From Camelus ferus (lineage: Eukaryota): 64,000 bases of DNA. Within the stretch, counting starts at the first letter, position 1; each line of letters opens with the position of its first letter. The notes beneath the pieces were generated by a model that had not been told where the DNA came from, searched no databases, and saw only the letters and a list, made by a program, of their open reading frames with translations. Position numbers and translations under genes: made by a program. Shown here piece by piece: positions 1 through 13,100 of the stretch. Location of the stretch: the NCBI RefSeq assembly GCF_009834535.1, contig NC_045696.1, forward strand, positions 49,912,001-49,976,000, given 5' to 3'.

Positions 1-250
1 GTTATTCTTGGCCTAAAGAATCAAGTTTCTTAACCATGAATGCGTCTTTTTGATGATAGGAAAAATAATTCTAAAATGACATTAGAAGTTTCACATTATT
101 TCTTGACACTTCCCCAAACTGCATAGTAGTTAGTCAAGCAAAAACCTGTCAGGGTGGGAGTCTGAACACAATTTATTAGACACTTAATGACAAGTTGATG
201 ATCATGGGACAAGTGTACTTTATACTGACATTATTTATCTTCTTGTGTAG

Positions 251-421
<171 letters not shown>

Positions 422-489
422 CTGCACAAGTTTGATTTTTGACTGTGTTTTATGTGATAGATTCTTTTTTAAAAAATGCAGTAATTATC

Positions 490-495
490 AATAAA
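490..495 (+). terminator. Candidate polyadenylation signal of TMPRSS7
   Basis: AATAAA about 70 nt after the stop, followed by a T-rich tract at about 507-520. An alternative ATTAAA lies at 806-811. Confidence 0.5.
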
Positions 496-1544
496 ATGAG
501 ACACAATTTTTTTTTTCTTCTGAAAATTTCAGATTGCATGCATTTGGTATTTATTGAAAGACAGAAAGATTAATATGTATTTTATTCCATGGAATATTAC
601 CTCAAGGGTACAACTGTATTCATTGTTAAGCATCAGAAGGCCATTAATTAAAGAATGGAAGAAAACTAAAGTAATGTCATCAACCAAGTCTCCAAAATAA
701 GAAATGAGTGAGATGCTCAGGAATCCATAGTTTAATTTATGTTCCCATTCAAGGTGCAGGTATTTATAAAGATCTAGGCAAATCTGATTTATTGAAGTAA
801 GTTCCATTAAAAAACCCATGCCTGATCTTCAGTGTTCTAGTGAAGTTAATTGCATGAAAATGACTCCTTCACAAATGCAAATTACGTTAAACTCAGTTAT
901 TGACAGAGAAAGTACCTCTATTGTTATTTTCCAATCCAATTTGTCTAACATATAGGGTATTTTTCTTCAGAGAAAAATGGTAATATTGTGTGCAGAGAAA
1001 CTATCAGTCAACAAAACTGACAATAATCTTCACTAAAATAATAGACTGAAGCATTGTGGTAGTTGGATTGAAAATATGTACATGGGATTTAAGAAAATTG
1101 TGGTAATGCTGGTCAGCAGTTTAAGGACTTTTTGGATGATTGTTCTGAAAGAGAAAAATTTCAGAAATATCGTCTGACTTCTGATCCTTCTATAAAACTT
1201 CAACGGCCAAGACTTTCTTTTATTTTCAGAGCCTTGTGATACCTAGCAGAGGTGTAAACCTGTGGTACATGCTCCATACATCAGAGTTATTGATTTATTT
1301 TATCTCGATTTAGAGTGTTTCACACTTAATCTCAGAATAATCTTTTCATTAACAGAGGCCGGACTTAATAATATCACCAAATAGGTAAGAACAGCAGAAA
1401 GAAGAATGATATTATTCTTTTCGCTGGGACAAAGTCAAAAAAGTAATAGTAATTCTATTTTCAAATGGGGCCCAAAATAGTAAATCGGGTTTTCACAGGA
1501 CCCAAAATAATGAAATTGTTTTTATAGGTCGGTCACCCTCTTTA

Positions 1545-1800
1545 TAATGACAACTCCCAACCTGCACCAATCAGCACTCCAGCCTCCCTTACTCTGCTTT
1601 ACCTTGTTTTTTCCATAGCACACGTCACCTTCTAATATTCTAGAAATATTATTTATTAAGTTTGCTTCCCCTCATTAAATATTAGCCTCACAATGGCAGT
1701 GATTTTGTTTTATTCTGCTTCATATTCTTCAGACGTGTCTCAAGCATCCAGAAGACTGTAGCAAGCACTCAGTACTGCTTGTGGAATGAAATTGAACTGA
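1545..1800 (+). mobile_element. Old LINE-2 3' fragment
   Basis: L2-like motifs (ctgcttta...tttttccatagca, ttgcttcccc, gcactcagtactgcttgtggaatgaa). Boundaries approximate. Confidence 0.5.
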
Positions 1801-2124
1801 ATATGTGATGTAATTAGCACAGGAACAATGTGTGTTGGTAATAAAGAAGAATGTGGATGACTTTCAGTGGAGGAGGAGTCTGGGAAGATTTAATGGAAAA
1901 AGTACGCTTCAGCTAGGATTTAAAGATGGACGAAAGTTATCCATGCAGAAAGTGAGCTGGAGTGGGAGGAAAAGCATTCTGAGCAGAAGGAACATCATAT
2001 ACAAAGAAGTGGGGGTGGCAACAGAATTGGACAGGAAGGGGCCAGCCAGGAAGAGGAATCTGGTCAGACCAGAGGAGTCTACTGACTACTGAATGTCTGA
2101 GAAGGAAGATCAAAAGTCAGTTAT

Positions 2125-2540
2125 TGTAGAGAAAGGTGTACATGCAGGTTCCCCTTTCTTTGCACCGCAGATTTACTCTCTGCTCTGAGCCTGGGAGGCT
2201 GAACCCCAACCTCTGTCACCAGTTTCCAGTGGGAGTTACCAGCAGGACACCGGCAGGTGGAGAGAAAGTTCAGAGTACTTTTCCTCTTGGCTTCCTCCCC
2301 TCTGGATCCCAGTCCTAACAGTGGCTGCAAACTTCTGTGCCTACAGATCCTATCTGGAGCCCTCCTTGATGGCTCCAGTCCTTAATCAGGCTCAGTCCCT
2401 TTTAGGTCTCAGGATACTGAGGGCTTTCGACTGTTGTTAGTCTCTGGGTGTCTCGGAGCCCCTTCTTGATTTCCTTAACCCTTGCTCCTTGATTTAAAAT
2501 TCTGTTACAAAATCCCAGCTGAGAATACAACCTGAGTCCT
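2125..2540. mobile_element. Degenerate ERVL LTR (LTR33-like)
   Basis: Motif order tgctctgagcctgggaggctga...ccagtgggag...ggagagaaagttcagagtacttttcctcttggcttcctccc resembles the LTR33 family as recalled. Confidence 0.4.
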
Positions 2541-2976
2541 ACAGAATCGGCCTTTCAAAGCAGAGAAAGCAGAAGTCTGAGCAGGCTAGCAGCTGAGTGG
2601 CTGCAGTGAGCATGACCCCATTGGGTGGGCAGATGGAGTCCAAAACCCAGATGATCTGGTAGCAAGCAAGAGACAACTAGAGACCTGGTATGTAGACAGA
2701 GACTGAACAGCAGGTGTCGAGGATGCCAGACTTTTGAACACAAGTCAACATCTTCTGAAATGAAGTTGATTTATGTATATCCCGTCCACATCTCAAACTC
2801 ATCTCAATATGTGTGATTGTTGGGGGCAGGGATGAGAAATAAGGAAGCAAGCCTGCTCTGAACAGACGCTTGAGAGGGTCAACACACACCTGCTTAGCAA
2901 ACAATTTCAGGCTCATGAGACTGGAAGTTCTGAACTATGGATTGTGGATTGTGGCTGGGTGCATATACTTTTTCCT

Positions 2977-2978
<2 letters not shown>

Positions 2979-3026
<48 letters not shown>
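2979..3026. repeat. (GT)24 microsatellite about 0.9 kb upstream of the C3orf52 ATG
   Basis: Perfect GT run. Confidence 0.97.
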
Positions 3027-3028
<2 letters not shown>

Positions 3029-3559
3029 TTGCTGGGGGTGGGGGTGGGGTGTCTGTGACTCCTCTTCCCTAAGGTAGATAATAATAATCAATGCTTATGC
3101 ATGTTTGTTAGTGTCTGAGTACTTCGCTGATGCCAATTCTTTAAATTCTAGCCACATCTTAATTAGGTGGGTACTAACATTATGCCAATTTCCCACATGA
3201 GGGAACTCTGACGCAGGTCTCACCGTTAGGAACTCTGTGAGGGGATTAGCCTGGGCAGCCTGATTCCTGAGCCTACTGTCCGCTCCACCCCTCTTTACTC
3301 TTTCTTTGCATGACTCCGGACTTACAGGAGGAAGAAGTGTGTTCCTGTGTATTATTCACCTGCATATTTTCTGGTATGCTCAGAATCCTGCAGGATGCCT
3401 GGCACGCAGGCGAAAGTTATATGTTCATAGTCATATGTTGATTAACTGAATGAACTTTTGCCAGGCAGCGAGAGCAGGGGCAAGCCCTGGTAACAGACAG
3501 CTCCTGGGGTGCCTGGAACGCCAAACTTTTCCGTGGCAAGGGGCTACAGGGCCCATCCA

Positions 3560-4240
3560 GGCCACAACCCGCCGCCCACTCCGGTCCCCAGTCAGCTTCT
3601 GCTTTGTATCTGTACCAAGAGAAAAAGGCAGACAGCGCCCTGAACAAACCAGAAAAACAGCCCTCCTTGGCTCTGCTCCTAGCAGGGCACCGAGGCGGCG
3701 CGGGGCAGGAGCGAGGGGCGCGTCCGGGGCGAGAGGACCCGCCCCCCGCCCGCCCCGGCCGCAGCCTGAGGTCTCCCCGCCCCCGCCCGCCGGGGTGGAG
3801 TGTGAGCCACCCGCAAGGCCACTTTGGACTCTGCACCCTCGGGTGTGTGCGTCCTGCTTCCTGGCAGGCTGTTCAGTCCTCCTCCACTCGTCCATGGAGG
3901 GGGCCAGGCCCCCATCGCCAGGAGATGGGCTGGAGCTCTCGGCGCTCCAAGGGCAGCCAGACGAGCAGACGCCTCTCAATGGAGCCGTCCAGGGCTTCCA
4001 TTCTTCGACCGAGGAGCCCTGCCCAGCCCAGGTAAGGTCGTCTCGGCGCTGGCGGCGTTATCCGAGGGGCTGTGAGCCAGGCTGCCGGCTAGGACCCGGG
4101 CCTGGCACCGCACGGCTCCCCGGGCGCAGCAGACCCCGAGCGCAGGCGGTGCGCGCTGGAATATTCTAAATGGAGCGGACGCAGGAATGCCCTCCAGGCG
4201 GAGGCTGCCCGAGGCCCCTCCGACCCCTCTGACTCCGGGG
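3560..4240 (+). promoter_or_regulatory. CpG island and GC-box promoter of C3orf52
   Basis: Very GC-rich and CpG-dense, with multiple GGGGCG/CCCGCCC Sp/KLF boxes at about 3695-3795. Spans the ATG at 3894 and the exon 1 donor. Confidence 0.85.
3894..4031 (+). CDS. C3orf52: C3orf52/TTMP (TPA-induced transmembrane protein) exon 1 of 6
   Basis: tccATGG start. MEGARPPSPGDGLELSALQGQPDEQTPLNGAVQGFHSSTEEPCPAQ. Donor CAG|gtaagg, 138 nt, phase 0. Confidence 0.92.
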
Positions 4241-6155
4241 AACTTGAGGAATCTTATCTGGGAGGTGTACGGCTCCTCTCTTCAGAGAGAGAATTCCCCT
4301 AGATAGAGGTGGTTTTAGAAAGTTCTGTAACTTTTAGTTTTCCTTTTTCCAGCAGGGAGAACTCCAGTTATCTCTGGAGTCTCCTTTTCTTCAGAATCTC
4401 TCTGCCTTCCTCTTTCCTAGTCTGCCTTGCCGCTTGTCCGCACCCTCCCCTAACCTCCACCCATCTCCCACCTTCCCCCCATCCTGGCTCACCTAGACCC
4501 AAACTTTATCTCCTCCCAATCTGGCTATTTGACTTCGCAGGAAGAGATGAAGGGTGGAGGTGGGGGCAAGTACAGAAAGGCTGGCAGAGCAGGGGCGGTG
4601 GGGGCTGTGAACTTGCGCTGCTCAACTGAGGGAAATAACTTCCAAGTTCTTGTCTCAAAGAACTATGCCTTATTTGCTCATCTCAGTTTCCAAGGAAGTC
4701 CCTGGTGATGTTTAGGCTGAACTCTTTTCTAATTCAGCCCTACCAGTTAACAGGAAAATTATTCATTCTCATCAAATGCTTATAAAACAGCAGAGACTTT
4801 GAATTCTGAACATCTGTCTTCTGATTAACCCTTCAAACTGGCTTGATGTCTACTGGGTATCTGGAAAGCCCCATATATTTGTATGTATGTGTGTGTGTGT
4901 GTGTGTGTGTGTGGTTCCAACCTGACCTTTCTAGGTCTCACTCCTCCACTCCCATCCCTTTGGCTGCTCAACTGTTGATTTCAGGGATAAGCAGGAAATT
5001 CAGTAGTTGAAAGCATTGCTTTTGCTTCGTCATTGATTCCTGGAAAGATTGTAAAGTCTGCTTTTATGGTTACCCTGTAGAGTGATTAGTACTTTATATT
5101 TGAATGAAAGAGGAACAACACAGAAGAATGGAAGCGGGAGGAAGATGATTTGATCTCTGTGCAAGTGGCCATAACCGTGGACTCACAGTTTGGATCCTCC
5201 AAGCCAGTGTCTAGGAATGGGAATTGGGGGTGCTTACCTCATGTTAGGCAGACCCAGGACACTCCACAGACTCTTGGTTTGGGACTGAATCCAGAGATCT
5301 GAGTTCTGGTGACAGCTTCCCCATTGAAAGCTATGTCCTGAGGCAAGGCACTAAGGTCTGGATTTTCCCATTGTCAGCTGGTTGCGATGTAACGTGGCTA
5401 ACCAGTCTTCTCTGTGAGGCCGGGGGATGGCGTGTTGAAGACGACTGAGGAGTAGAATGTACGGAACACATGCAGGGTGTCGATATTTTATAGTCGTTTA
5501 GTACTTACCCAGTAGAGATTGCTCTTTCATGTTTTAATTACTTCCTCGTTAGCCAGGTGTATACAGATATCTGAGACTTCCTTGTGAACTAGCTTTGTAG
5601 GTCACTGAATAAGAAAGCTGTGTGAGGGACAGAATGGCGTGAAGATGAAGGGTTACATGAGCACCTGGAGAACATTCTAGAAATGCTTGACGAAGAAAAA
5701 CTTAAAACAGAGAGAAAGAAATCCTCATCTAATGTGCCAAGTGTTCTCATCGGTTCCATGGAATCAGCTGAAGTGTATTTTAAATTGAAAAGTCAACTAA
5801 CATAGAGCCTTTTAAAGTGGGTGGCACAAGCACCAGATCCAGACTCTTCAGAATTTTGTGTGTAGGTCTCTTTAAACCACATGTTAAGATTTCCAACTTT
5901 GAAATGTGGTGTAAGTTCATGAGTTTTTATTACCTATATGTTTTTGTACCCATCATGTGCCAAATACTTCTGCTGCATAAATGCATTTAATTGGTACAAC
6001 AAACTTCAGAAGAAGGTAGCAGCATTCTGGCTTGACAGATGAGGAAACTGAGCTCAGAGGAGTTACCGAAATACTCAAGTTCATGCAATGGTGGCTCTAA
6101 GATTGAATGCAGGCTTTTTAGGTTTCAGACCTAAGCTGCTTTTATTGATTTATTT

Positions 6156-6157
<2 letters not shown>

Positions 6158-6187
<30 letters not shown>

Positions 6188-6270
6188 AAAAAACACAGAG
6201 ATATGTATATAAACACATATTTATACATTATATAAATATAATATATAATTTATATTCATTTATATATAAT
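6158..6270. repeat. (TA)n-rich low-complexity tract
   Basis: tatatacatatatatatatatata...tatataat. Confidence 0.85.
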
Positions 6271-9200
6271 TGCCTAAATTGTATATTATTACTGATTTCT
6301 GTAAGTTACAGAATGTGGGTGAAATATGAGGAGTTGAGTAGCGTGTCTGGAATGATGAGGGGGTTTTGTGAAGATGGGTAGATGGTGAGGAGTAGGGAAC
6401 AGTTTGGGGTCATTGGGAAGAAGACATTCCACATCATGGGTATCTTCCTACACAGAAGAGCTATCTGGGAGAGTGTTCAAAGGCAGTGGAAAGAACTTCC
6501 CCTTTCTTGATCTGCGCTTGGGCCTTGAGGGAAAGGAAGACAAGCCATTGAACTTCACTTTGCCTGCTGTCACTGTAAACATGGCAATACAGGTGGATCA
6601 AAACTAGAAAAGGCCTCAGGGATAATTGAGGGAGACTGGTTTACTTTTATGGCTCATTTCATGGGCTCTAACCTCAGTTTCCAAATAGAAATCCCAAAGA
6701 CATTTTAAGGGATGGCAGCATCATTATATTAATGGCAGTAATAATCCAGTACATTGATAGTTTTGAGGCGGACAAGACCTATATGAATGGGCTAGCTAAA
6801 AATCAACCCCATTGCCATGTGTTGTTTAGAATTTAGGACAAGAATCAACTGACTTTTGTGCTTGGATCAACAGGTGGATTAAATCCCACAATGAAGATTA
6901 CAAAGTATAGATTTTACTGTGTGCTAAGAAAATTTTCCCCTGATCTGTATAATATCCCCTGCTGATTGAGCCAAAGAGAAGAAAAGCTTTTTGTATCTAA
7001 GAGTTCAGTAGTCCTGCCGTTTTTGCAGGACCTTACATCATGTGTTCGGACCTTATCTGAAGAGGGATGGGAGTATCTGGGGGAATATTCAGAGGAAAGT
7101 CACCAAAGTTCTTGGGCCATATAATGCCATTACAGAATGTGAGCTGCGGTTTGCACACATATTTGGAAGCCATCCTGAAGAGAAGCCTGCCTGTGGCCTC
7201 TCCTCATAACCTAGAATCTGGGCAAGACAGAATGAAGGAGGCAGTCAAGGAGCAGGATGTTTTCCTGACCCAGTGCGCACAGGTAGCATCTGCTGGATCC
7301 AAGGCTCTCCACCCTCAGTGCACAGCGGAATCTCCTGGGGGCACTTCTAAAAAACAGAATTCCTTGGTTGGGTCTGATGTGTGGACAGCTGAGAAGCACT
7401 GTACTCTGTTGTTGGGTTGTGAGCAGCTGACGGACTGTTTTACATTGACTTAAGTATGTGAAGATGAGTCACTCTAGAGATAGTGGTCTCTGCCTTGGGG
7501 CTGATGACAGGACGACGAAGAGGGTAGGCTACAGGATAGCATCTTTGGGCTGGACAGGAAGAGGCATTTCTTATAGAGGAGGGCTGTGTAATTCTGAGCT
7601 GAGTTCCCCCAGGAAGTCAGAGTCTTGATCTCCTCAAACCACCAGGGTCTTCGCTGATGATCTCTGAGGGACAGCAGAAGGGGAGGCACGAAAGGCCAAG
7701 GAGGCACATTGACCCTCATTATCCGGCTCATTTCAGACTCCAGACCGTTTCATTTTGTACTAATTTTTATGGTCCCTGCCGTCCCTTGTGGAAGGAGGGA
7801 AAATGGCCGTGTCTCAGGAGCTCTGTAAACAGAAAGTTACGTTTCTGTGCCCTGAGACATTAAAGGCTTCTTGTCCTGGGACTTCTCTTTCCCGAAGGCC
7901 TTATCGAGCCTCTGGCTTTGGTGACCTTGGAGTAATTCTCAGTCTTCAGGTTGGGGTGAGAGGGGGCTCTCTCCCTGGACTCCAGGAACACTTACCTCAA
8001 GAGGGTTTTCCTCTGTCCAGATGTTGCGAGGGCCTTTACTGCATCCCTCACGCCACCACCACCACCCCGAAGAGCCCGTGTACGGGCTCCAAAGTGTGAC
8101 CACTACTCTAGAACTTCTCACAGTACATTGTCACAATTCTTGAAGCCTGCTCTAAAGAAACAACACATAGTTATTAAGCGCCTATTACCTGTACGAGGCA
8201 GAGGTGTCGGGCATTTTCAGAGCCTCCCCTCCCTCTCTGTGGTTTCACTTTCCCTAGGAAGATAAGGCCGGTATCTGTTTATATTTGAACATGAAACCAG
8301 ACAAGGCTGGCAGCGGAGGAGCCATGTGGACAGCTCACGGCTGGGAGAAGTCTCCCTGGGTGGGCTGGTAGGGAGGCCTCCATGAGAAGAGAGGTTTGAC
8401 CTGGTTTCCGAAGAGCAGAGAGGCTCCAGACCAGGGGCTCGACTCTGGTAAAGCCATCGATGCACCTTGGGACGTTCACAGTTACAAGCTGGGGTCTGCC
8501 CCCACCTCCCCTACAGTCTGATTCCCTCGGTCCAGGTAGGGCTTGGATGTGTGTCATTTAATTCTTCCACAGGTAATTCTGATATGCAGCCAGGCTTGGG
8601 ACCTTCTCACTGAGAAAGATTGAACTGCAGTCCCAACATGAACGGTTTCCTCTGCTGATGGCTGCCACTCAAATCATGACTGCGGAGAAAGTGAACAGGG
8701 CATGGGTTCAGGAGTGAGTCCCCGAAAGTGCCCACCGCTGCTTGGTGGAGCTGGTGAACACTCTGCCTGGCTGTTGGCTCCCGTATGTTGAGAGCCCTGT
8801 GACGTGCACTCAGGGGCTCCAAAGTGCGATCTCTGCTCTACCCTTGTTCAGAAAGTGCTTCATGTACGTGACCTCATACAGCAGCCCTGTGAGCTAGACT
8901 GGTTACTTGTACATTTTACAGTTGAGGACCTTGGGGTCGGTGAGTTTCTTCACAAAGTAGTTTGCTGATGATAGTCACCCTGCCTAAGTGGTATAATTGG
9001 GATTGGGATCCTGATAGGGAAACACATTTCCCCCATCATATTCCCTTGTTTCCCATGGTCCTCATGTAGGAATTGCCTAACGGCCCAGTGGGAAGTAGGG
9101 GGACAGTGCAGGTGATGGCACTGGGAGTGGAGGCAGCCAGGCGCCCTCCTAACCAGGAGCTCCACACAGTGATGCGGGGAGCCTGTGGTCCGGAGGGAGA

Positions 9201-9988
9201 GGGTGTGAGTGGGGCAGTGACATGCAGCGGGAGTTAGTCCTGGTCCATCTCTCCCAAATGCACCTTTGAAATTGGCTAATGCCTCCCTTGCAGGGTTGCT
9301 GGGATGAAGTGAACCGGTGTTGGTGTCAGTAGACCACAGCGGTTGTAATTATTTACTTTGACCCCACCCTCTGCCTCACTACACCCATTGCAGCTTATTT
9401 CCCGGTGTCTCTCACATGCTTGTCCTTCCCTTTATTTCCCCTTTCCAGGCCCTTATTACTTAGAGGCCAGGCCACAGCAGTATTTTCTTAGCTCTTTCTT
9501 GGTCTAAACTACACATCATTTTTCTCTTAATCTTCTGCTCAGCTTTTGTGTTCCAAAACCTTCAACTGGTTCCCAAATTATGTCCAAACTGCCCTGCAGC
9601 GTTCAGAACCCTCTCAGATTTGCTCCAGCCTTTCATTCTCTAATCATAACTCTCACTACTAGCCTCTGAAACCCGCATTCCCATCAGATGCTTCTTGTGG
9701 CCATTTCCATTACGAGTCAACACGGAGGTTGCTCTTTCCTGGGTTTGGAATGCCTCTCTCTGTCCACCCTTCAGAATCCTGCCTGTCCTTCCCACCTCAG
9801 AGTCCCCAGAGCATTTTCTTGCCGACTTCTCCCTGAGGTTCCATTCTGTCCCTTTGTAAACTCGACTCAATAGAGCGGAGCCCCTTGAGGTCAGGGTCCT
9901 GCTGCCTTCATTTCTGAATACCCGGCCCATGTTAAAACACGACTGTTGAAACCAGATGACTGCCTCACAGTCTCCGTCTGCTTTCCAG

Positions 9989-10118
9989 GCTGACCAGGAA
10001 AGCCCTTGGAGCGCCTGTAATAGGACTTTGATTGGAAGATGCAAACTGTGGATGGTCCTGGCCTCCATTTTCCTGGGTTTCATTATAGTCATCATCATAA
10101 GCTTATGTCTTATGGGAG
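9989..10118 (+). CDS. C3orf52: C3orf52 exon 2 (transmembrane helix)
   Basis: tttccAG acceptor. ADQESPWSACNRTLIGRCKLWMVLASIFLGFIIVIIISLCLMG. Donor G|gtaag, 130 nt, phase 0-1. Confidence 0.93.
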
Positions 10119-13100
10119 GTAAGAGCATTTAACATGACTAAGTCGATGCATTTTAAGAACTTTGTAATGCTTATGACTTGTGCTGAAATCGAAGGTGGAC
10201 TCACCGCGATTTTATCGTTTATAATATGAATTTAAAAGTGGTTTGGGGTATGTCGTATGGGTGGGAAATATACACGATTCATGTTTTTCTGTTTACATTT
10301 TTTTGTTTGTTTTATAAACTCTGAAAGAAGTGTGTTTTACTTTAAACTCTACCCATTGGATGGTAAAGATTTCTTAAATTTTTGATTATGTAAACCTTAA
10401 TTTGTATTTTATTATATCTTACACATATGTATTTGAAAAAATTTTAAAACAATTTGCTAAGTAAAGATAATTACTGTAAAAGGTAATTATTTGTATAAAG
10501 ATAACTTTATCTGATGTATTTGGTATATTATTGTAATGATAAAATGATAATGTATTTGAAAGCATTTAAAAAACTATAGAACCATGTATCTGTAAGCTAC
10601 TATTATTTTAGCGTATTTTAGAAATCACTATTATATGTGTGTTGTATATGCTTACAAAACAAAAACTTACATGGTGCTAACTATATATTTTACATTATCT
10701 CATTTTATTTATTATTTATTATGAGTATGAGACATGTCTGTACTAACATGTTGAGTTACCCATAAAACCCATCCACACTAATATTTTGTTGTATTTTTCT
10801 CCAGTCTTTTTCTTAATTGCATTTTAAAAATAATCTGAGATCAAAAAAAAAATCTGAGATCAGATTTTTTTATCATTTTGTGGCTCACTTTTAGGATTTT
10901 AATTTTATGTTGAGATCATTTTGCCAATTCATTAAAAGTTATTTGTGAACATCTTTCTTTTTTTTTTTTTTTAATGACTGCATGATGCAGTCTTCCACAC
11001 CATTTTAAAGCCTTTTAGGTAGTTGCTAATTTTTTTCAGATTATGAGTATTAAGTATTTTACAATGCATAAATATAGCACCCCCCAGTGGGCAGTCATTT
11101 CAATTTCAAAATAGGAAGGAAAGTAAGTGTCTTGTATGTGGGGGTGATGGTAGGGTGCGGGGGTTGGGGGGGTGCTTTTCTGGAGCTGGGATACCTGTGA
11201 GGGTGACCCAGTCACCACAGGACTGGAGTTGAGCCGGGCTCTCCATAGCAAACCTGGTCATCGCATGAGAGCAAGAGTGGGCAGCCCCTGAGTCTCTCCA
11301 GAGGGGGCCCTAGGAATTCTCAGGAACTGCATTTGTCATTCACCCCCTGTTCCTCCTTCTCCCAACCCTTTCATCACCTGTTTCAAGGTTTTATAGTCCC
11401 TAAAGGAATAGGAAAACTCTGACATGTGTCAACGTCCAGCGTGTGAGCGTCTCAGGCAGGCACCATGTTTACTGAGTAACTCAGGCATTGATGGGGTGGC
11501 ATGGATGCGTCTTTGAGGCCATAGGCTGGTCCTGAGGTAGGGAGAAGTTGGTAGGAGGTGCTGTACCTCCTCCATCATGCTGAGGACAGTAGTCTTGGTG
11601 TAAGCATTGAAACTCCCTCTTCCCATCAACTCTCACATGTGGATGTTGAAACTGAATTTGAGTCACACCACCTCATCCTATCATAACCAGCCAGTGCTGT
11701 CCTCAAAGTTGGCTGATTTGTCTGTTGGCATCTGGGACCTATAACAAAGGAAGATGCAATAGATCTAGTTGGTTTGATATTCAGGATTCTAAAGCACAAG
11801 ACCCAAGAACTGTCTTCCATTCTTAAAAAGTCATCGGACATTTTCAAAACACTAAGAGCAATCTGCAGAGGAAGGGATTCCATTTCTCGCCACAGTTTCT
11901 TGGGGGGACGTGAGAGTTCATAGGGTAATATTCAGGGAAGAACTTTTTAATACTTGTGGTGCAAACTTCGTTTTCAGTTTGGTTATAAAATTGTGTTTTA
12001 AAACTGTTAATGCTGTAAGAGATTTTCAAACGTTTACTTTTTTTTTTAAATCAGGGAAACACTTTTATTTTTGCTCTTCCTGTGTGAGCTTTTCTGTGAG
12101 ACATAAGAAGGGACTTCCTGCGTGATGCTGTGCTGGTTGGATTTGCATTGCCTTCAGTTGGAATGGGAGCCACATCTTATGATGTCACACAATCCTGGCG
12201 GACAAGCTGGTTGCACAGGTTGCTCCCTGGTGTAGGGTGACTCATGGGAAAATCCTAGGCAGACAGTAAGGTCCTTGGGGGCAGAACTTAACAGCCCAGT
12301 ACCTTGAAATTTCTTCACATTCCCTCAATTCTCTGTGTTTCTCTGTCTTCCCAGGACCAACCTCTTCACCTGTGCTCTGCATAGGGTCCTCTCTCCACTT
12401 CTTCTGACCGGTGGACCTTCAGATCTCTCTCTGTAAGCATCCTCTTGGGTCTCTTCAAATGTGCTCATGCAGTCTCTCCTTCAAAGCAGTCTTCCATCAG
12501 AAACTTGCTACTTCATTTAGATATTTTTCTCTCTCCTTTTTTTCACTGACAAACTCTAGAAAGTGAGATCTGCCTTTGGATCCTGCCTCCTGCTCACTCC
12601 TAAATCCCTGTATCCATTGGTCCCAAATTGTCCTTCCCAAGGTCACCAGCAAGTGCCTGATCATGAAACCCAATGGCCTGCCTCGCGTCCCCTGCCCGGG
12701 TTGCAGCCTTCAGCTCTGTCGACTGTGTTGTACTTTTCCACATCTTCAGAACTCGTGGGCTTTAGGACTTCATTTCTGTCTTTAGCCTCCACACAGGTGG
12801 TTGCTGGAGACTTATCTTCAACCTTCTTACTCTTCTCATTCTTCATTCTTTCCCCGCCCTCTCTTGGATGCACATGCTTTTCCTGACTTTGAGTCCTGCT
12901 AGAGATCTCTACCTGGAAATAACTCATCATCTCAATCGTTATCCGTGTGAAACTACCATTTGTGTGTATCCCCTTCCCCAGTGAGCTCACCCTTTATATT
13001 TTCACAGTGAATCATGAGGCCAGGTTTATTCTAGCTCTGCCACCATCCAATTGTGTAATATGAGGCAAATTCTTCAACACTCTTGGTCTCAGTTTCCACC

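Noticed and set aside
2870..3091. CVCVCV and HTHTHT ORFs (also at about 32561 and 52115)
   Set aside because: Translations of GT microsatellites.
3450..3893. In-frame upstream ATG giving a 148-aa N-terminal extension of C3orf52 (239-aa ORF)
   Set aside because: Weak Kozak context, lies upstream of the GC boxes and probable TSS, and stop-poor frames are expected in a CpG island.
3417..3979. Overlapping minus-strand ORFs of 139-182 aa
   Set aside because: GC-rich artefacts with Arg/Gly/Pro-biased, domain-less peptides.
9640..10128. 162-aa minus-strand ORF
   Set aside because: Antisense shadow of C3orf52 exon 2 and its intron; no recognisable product.
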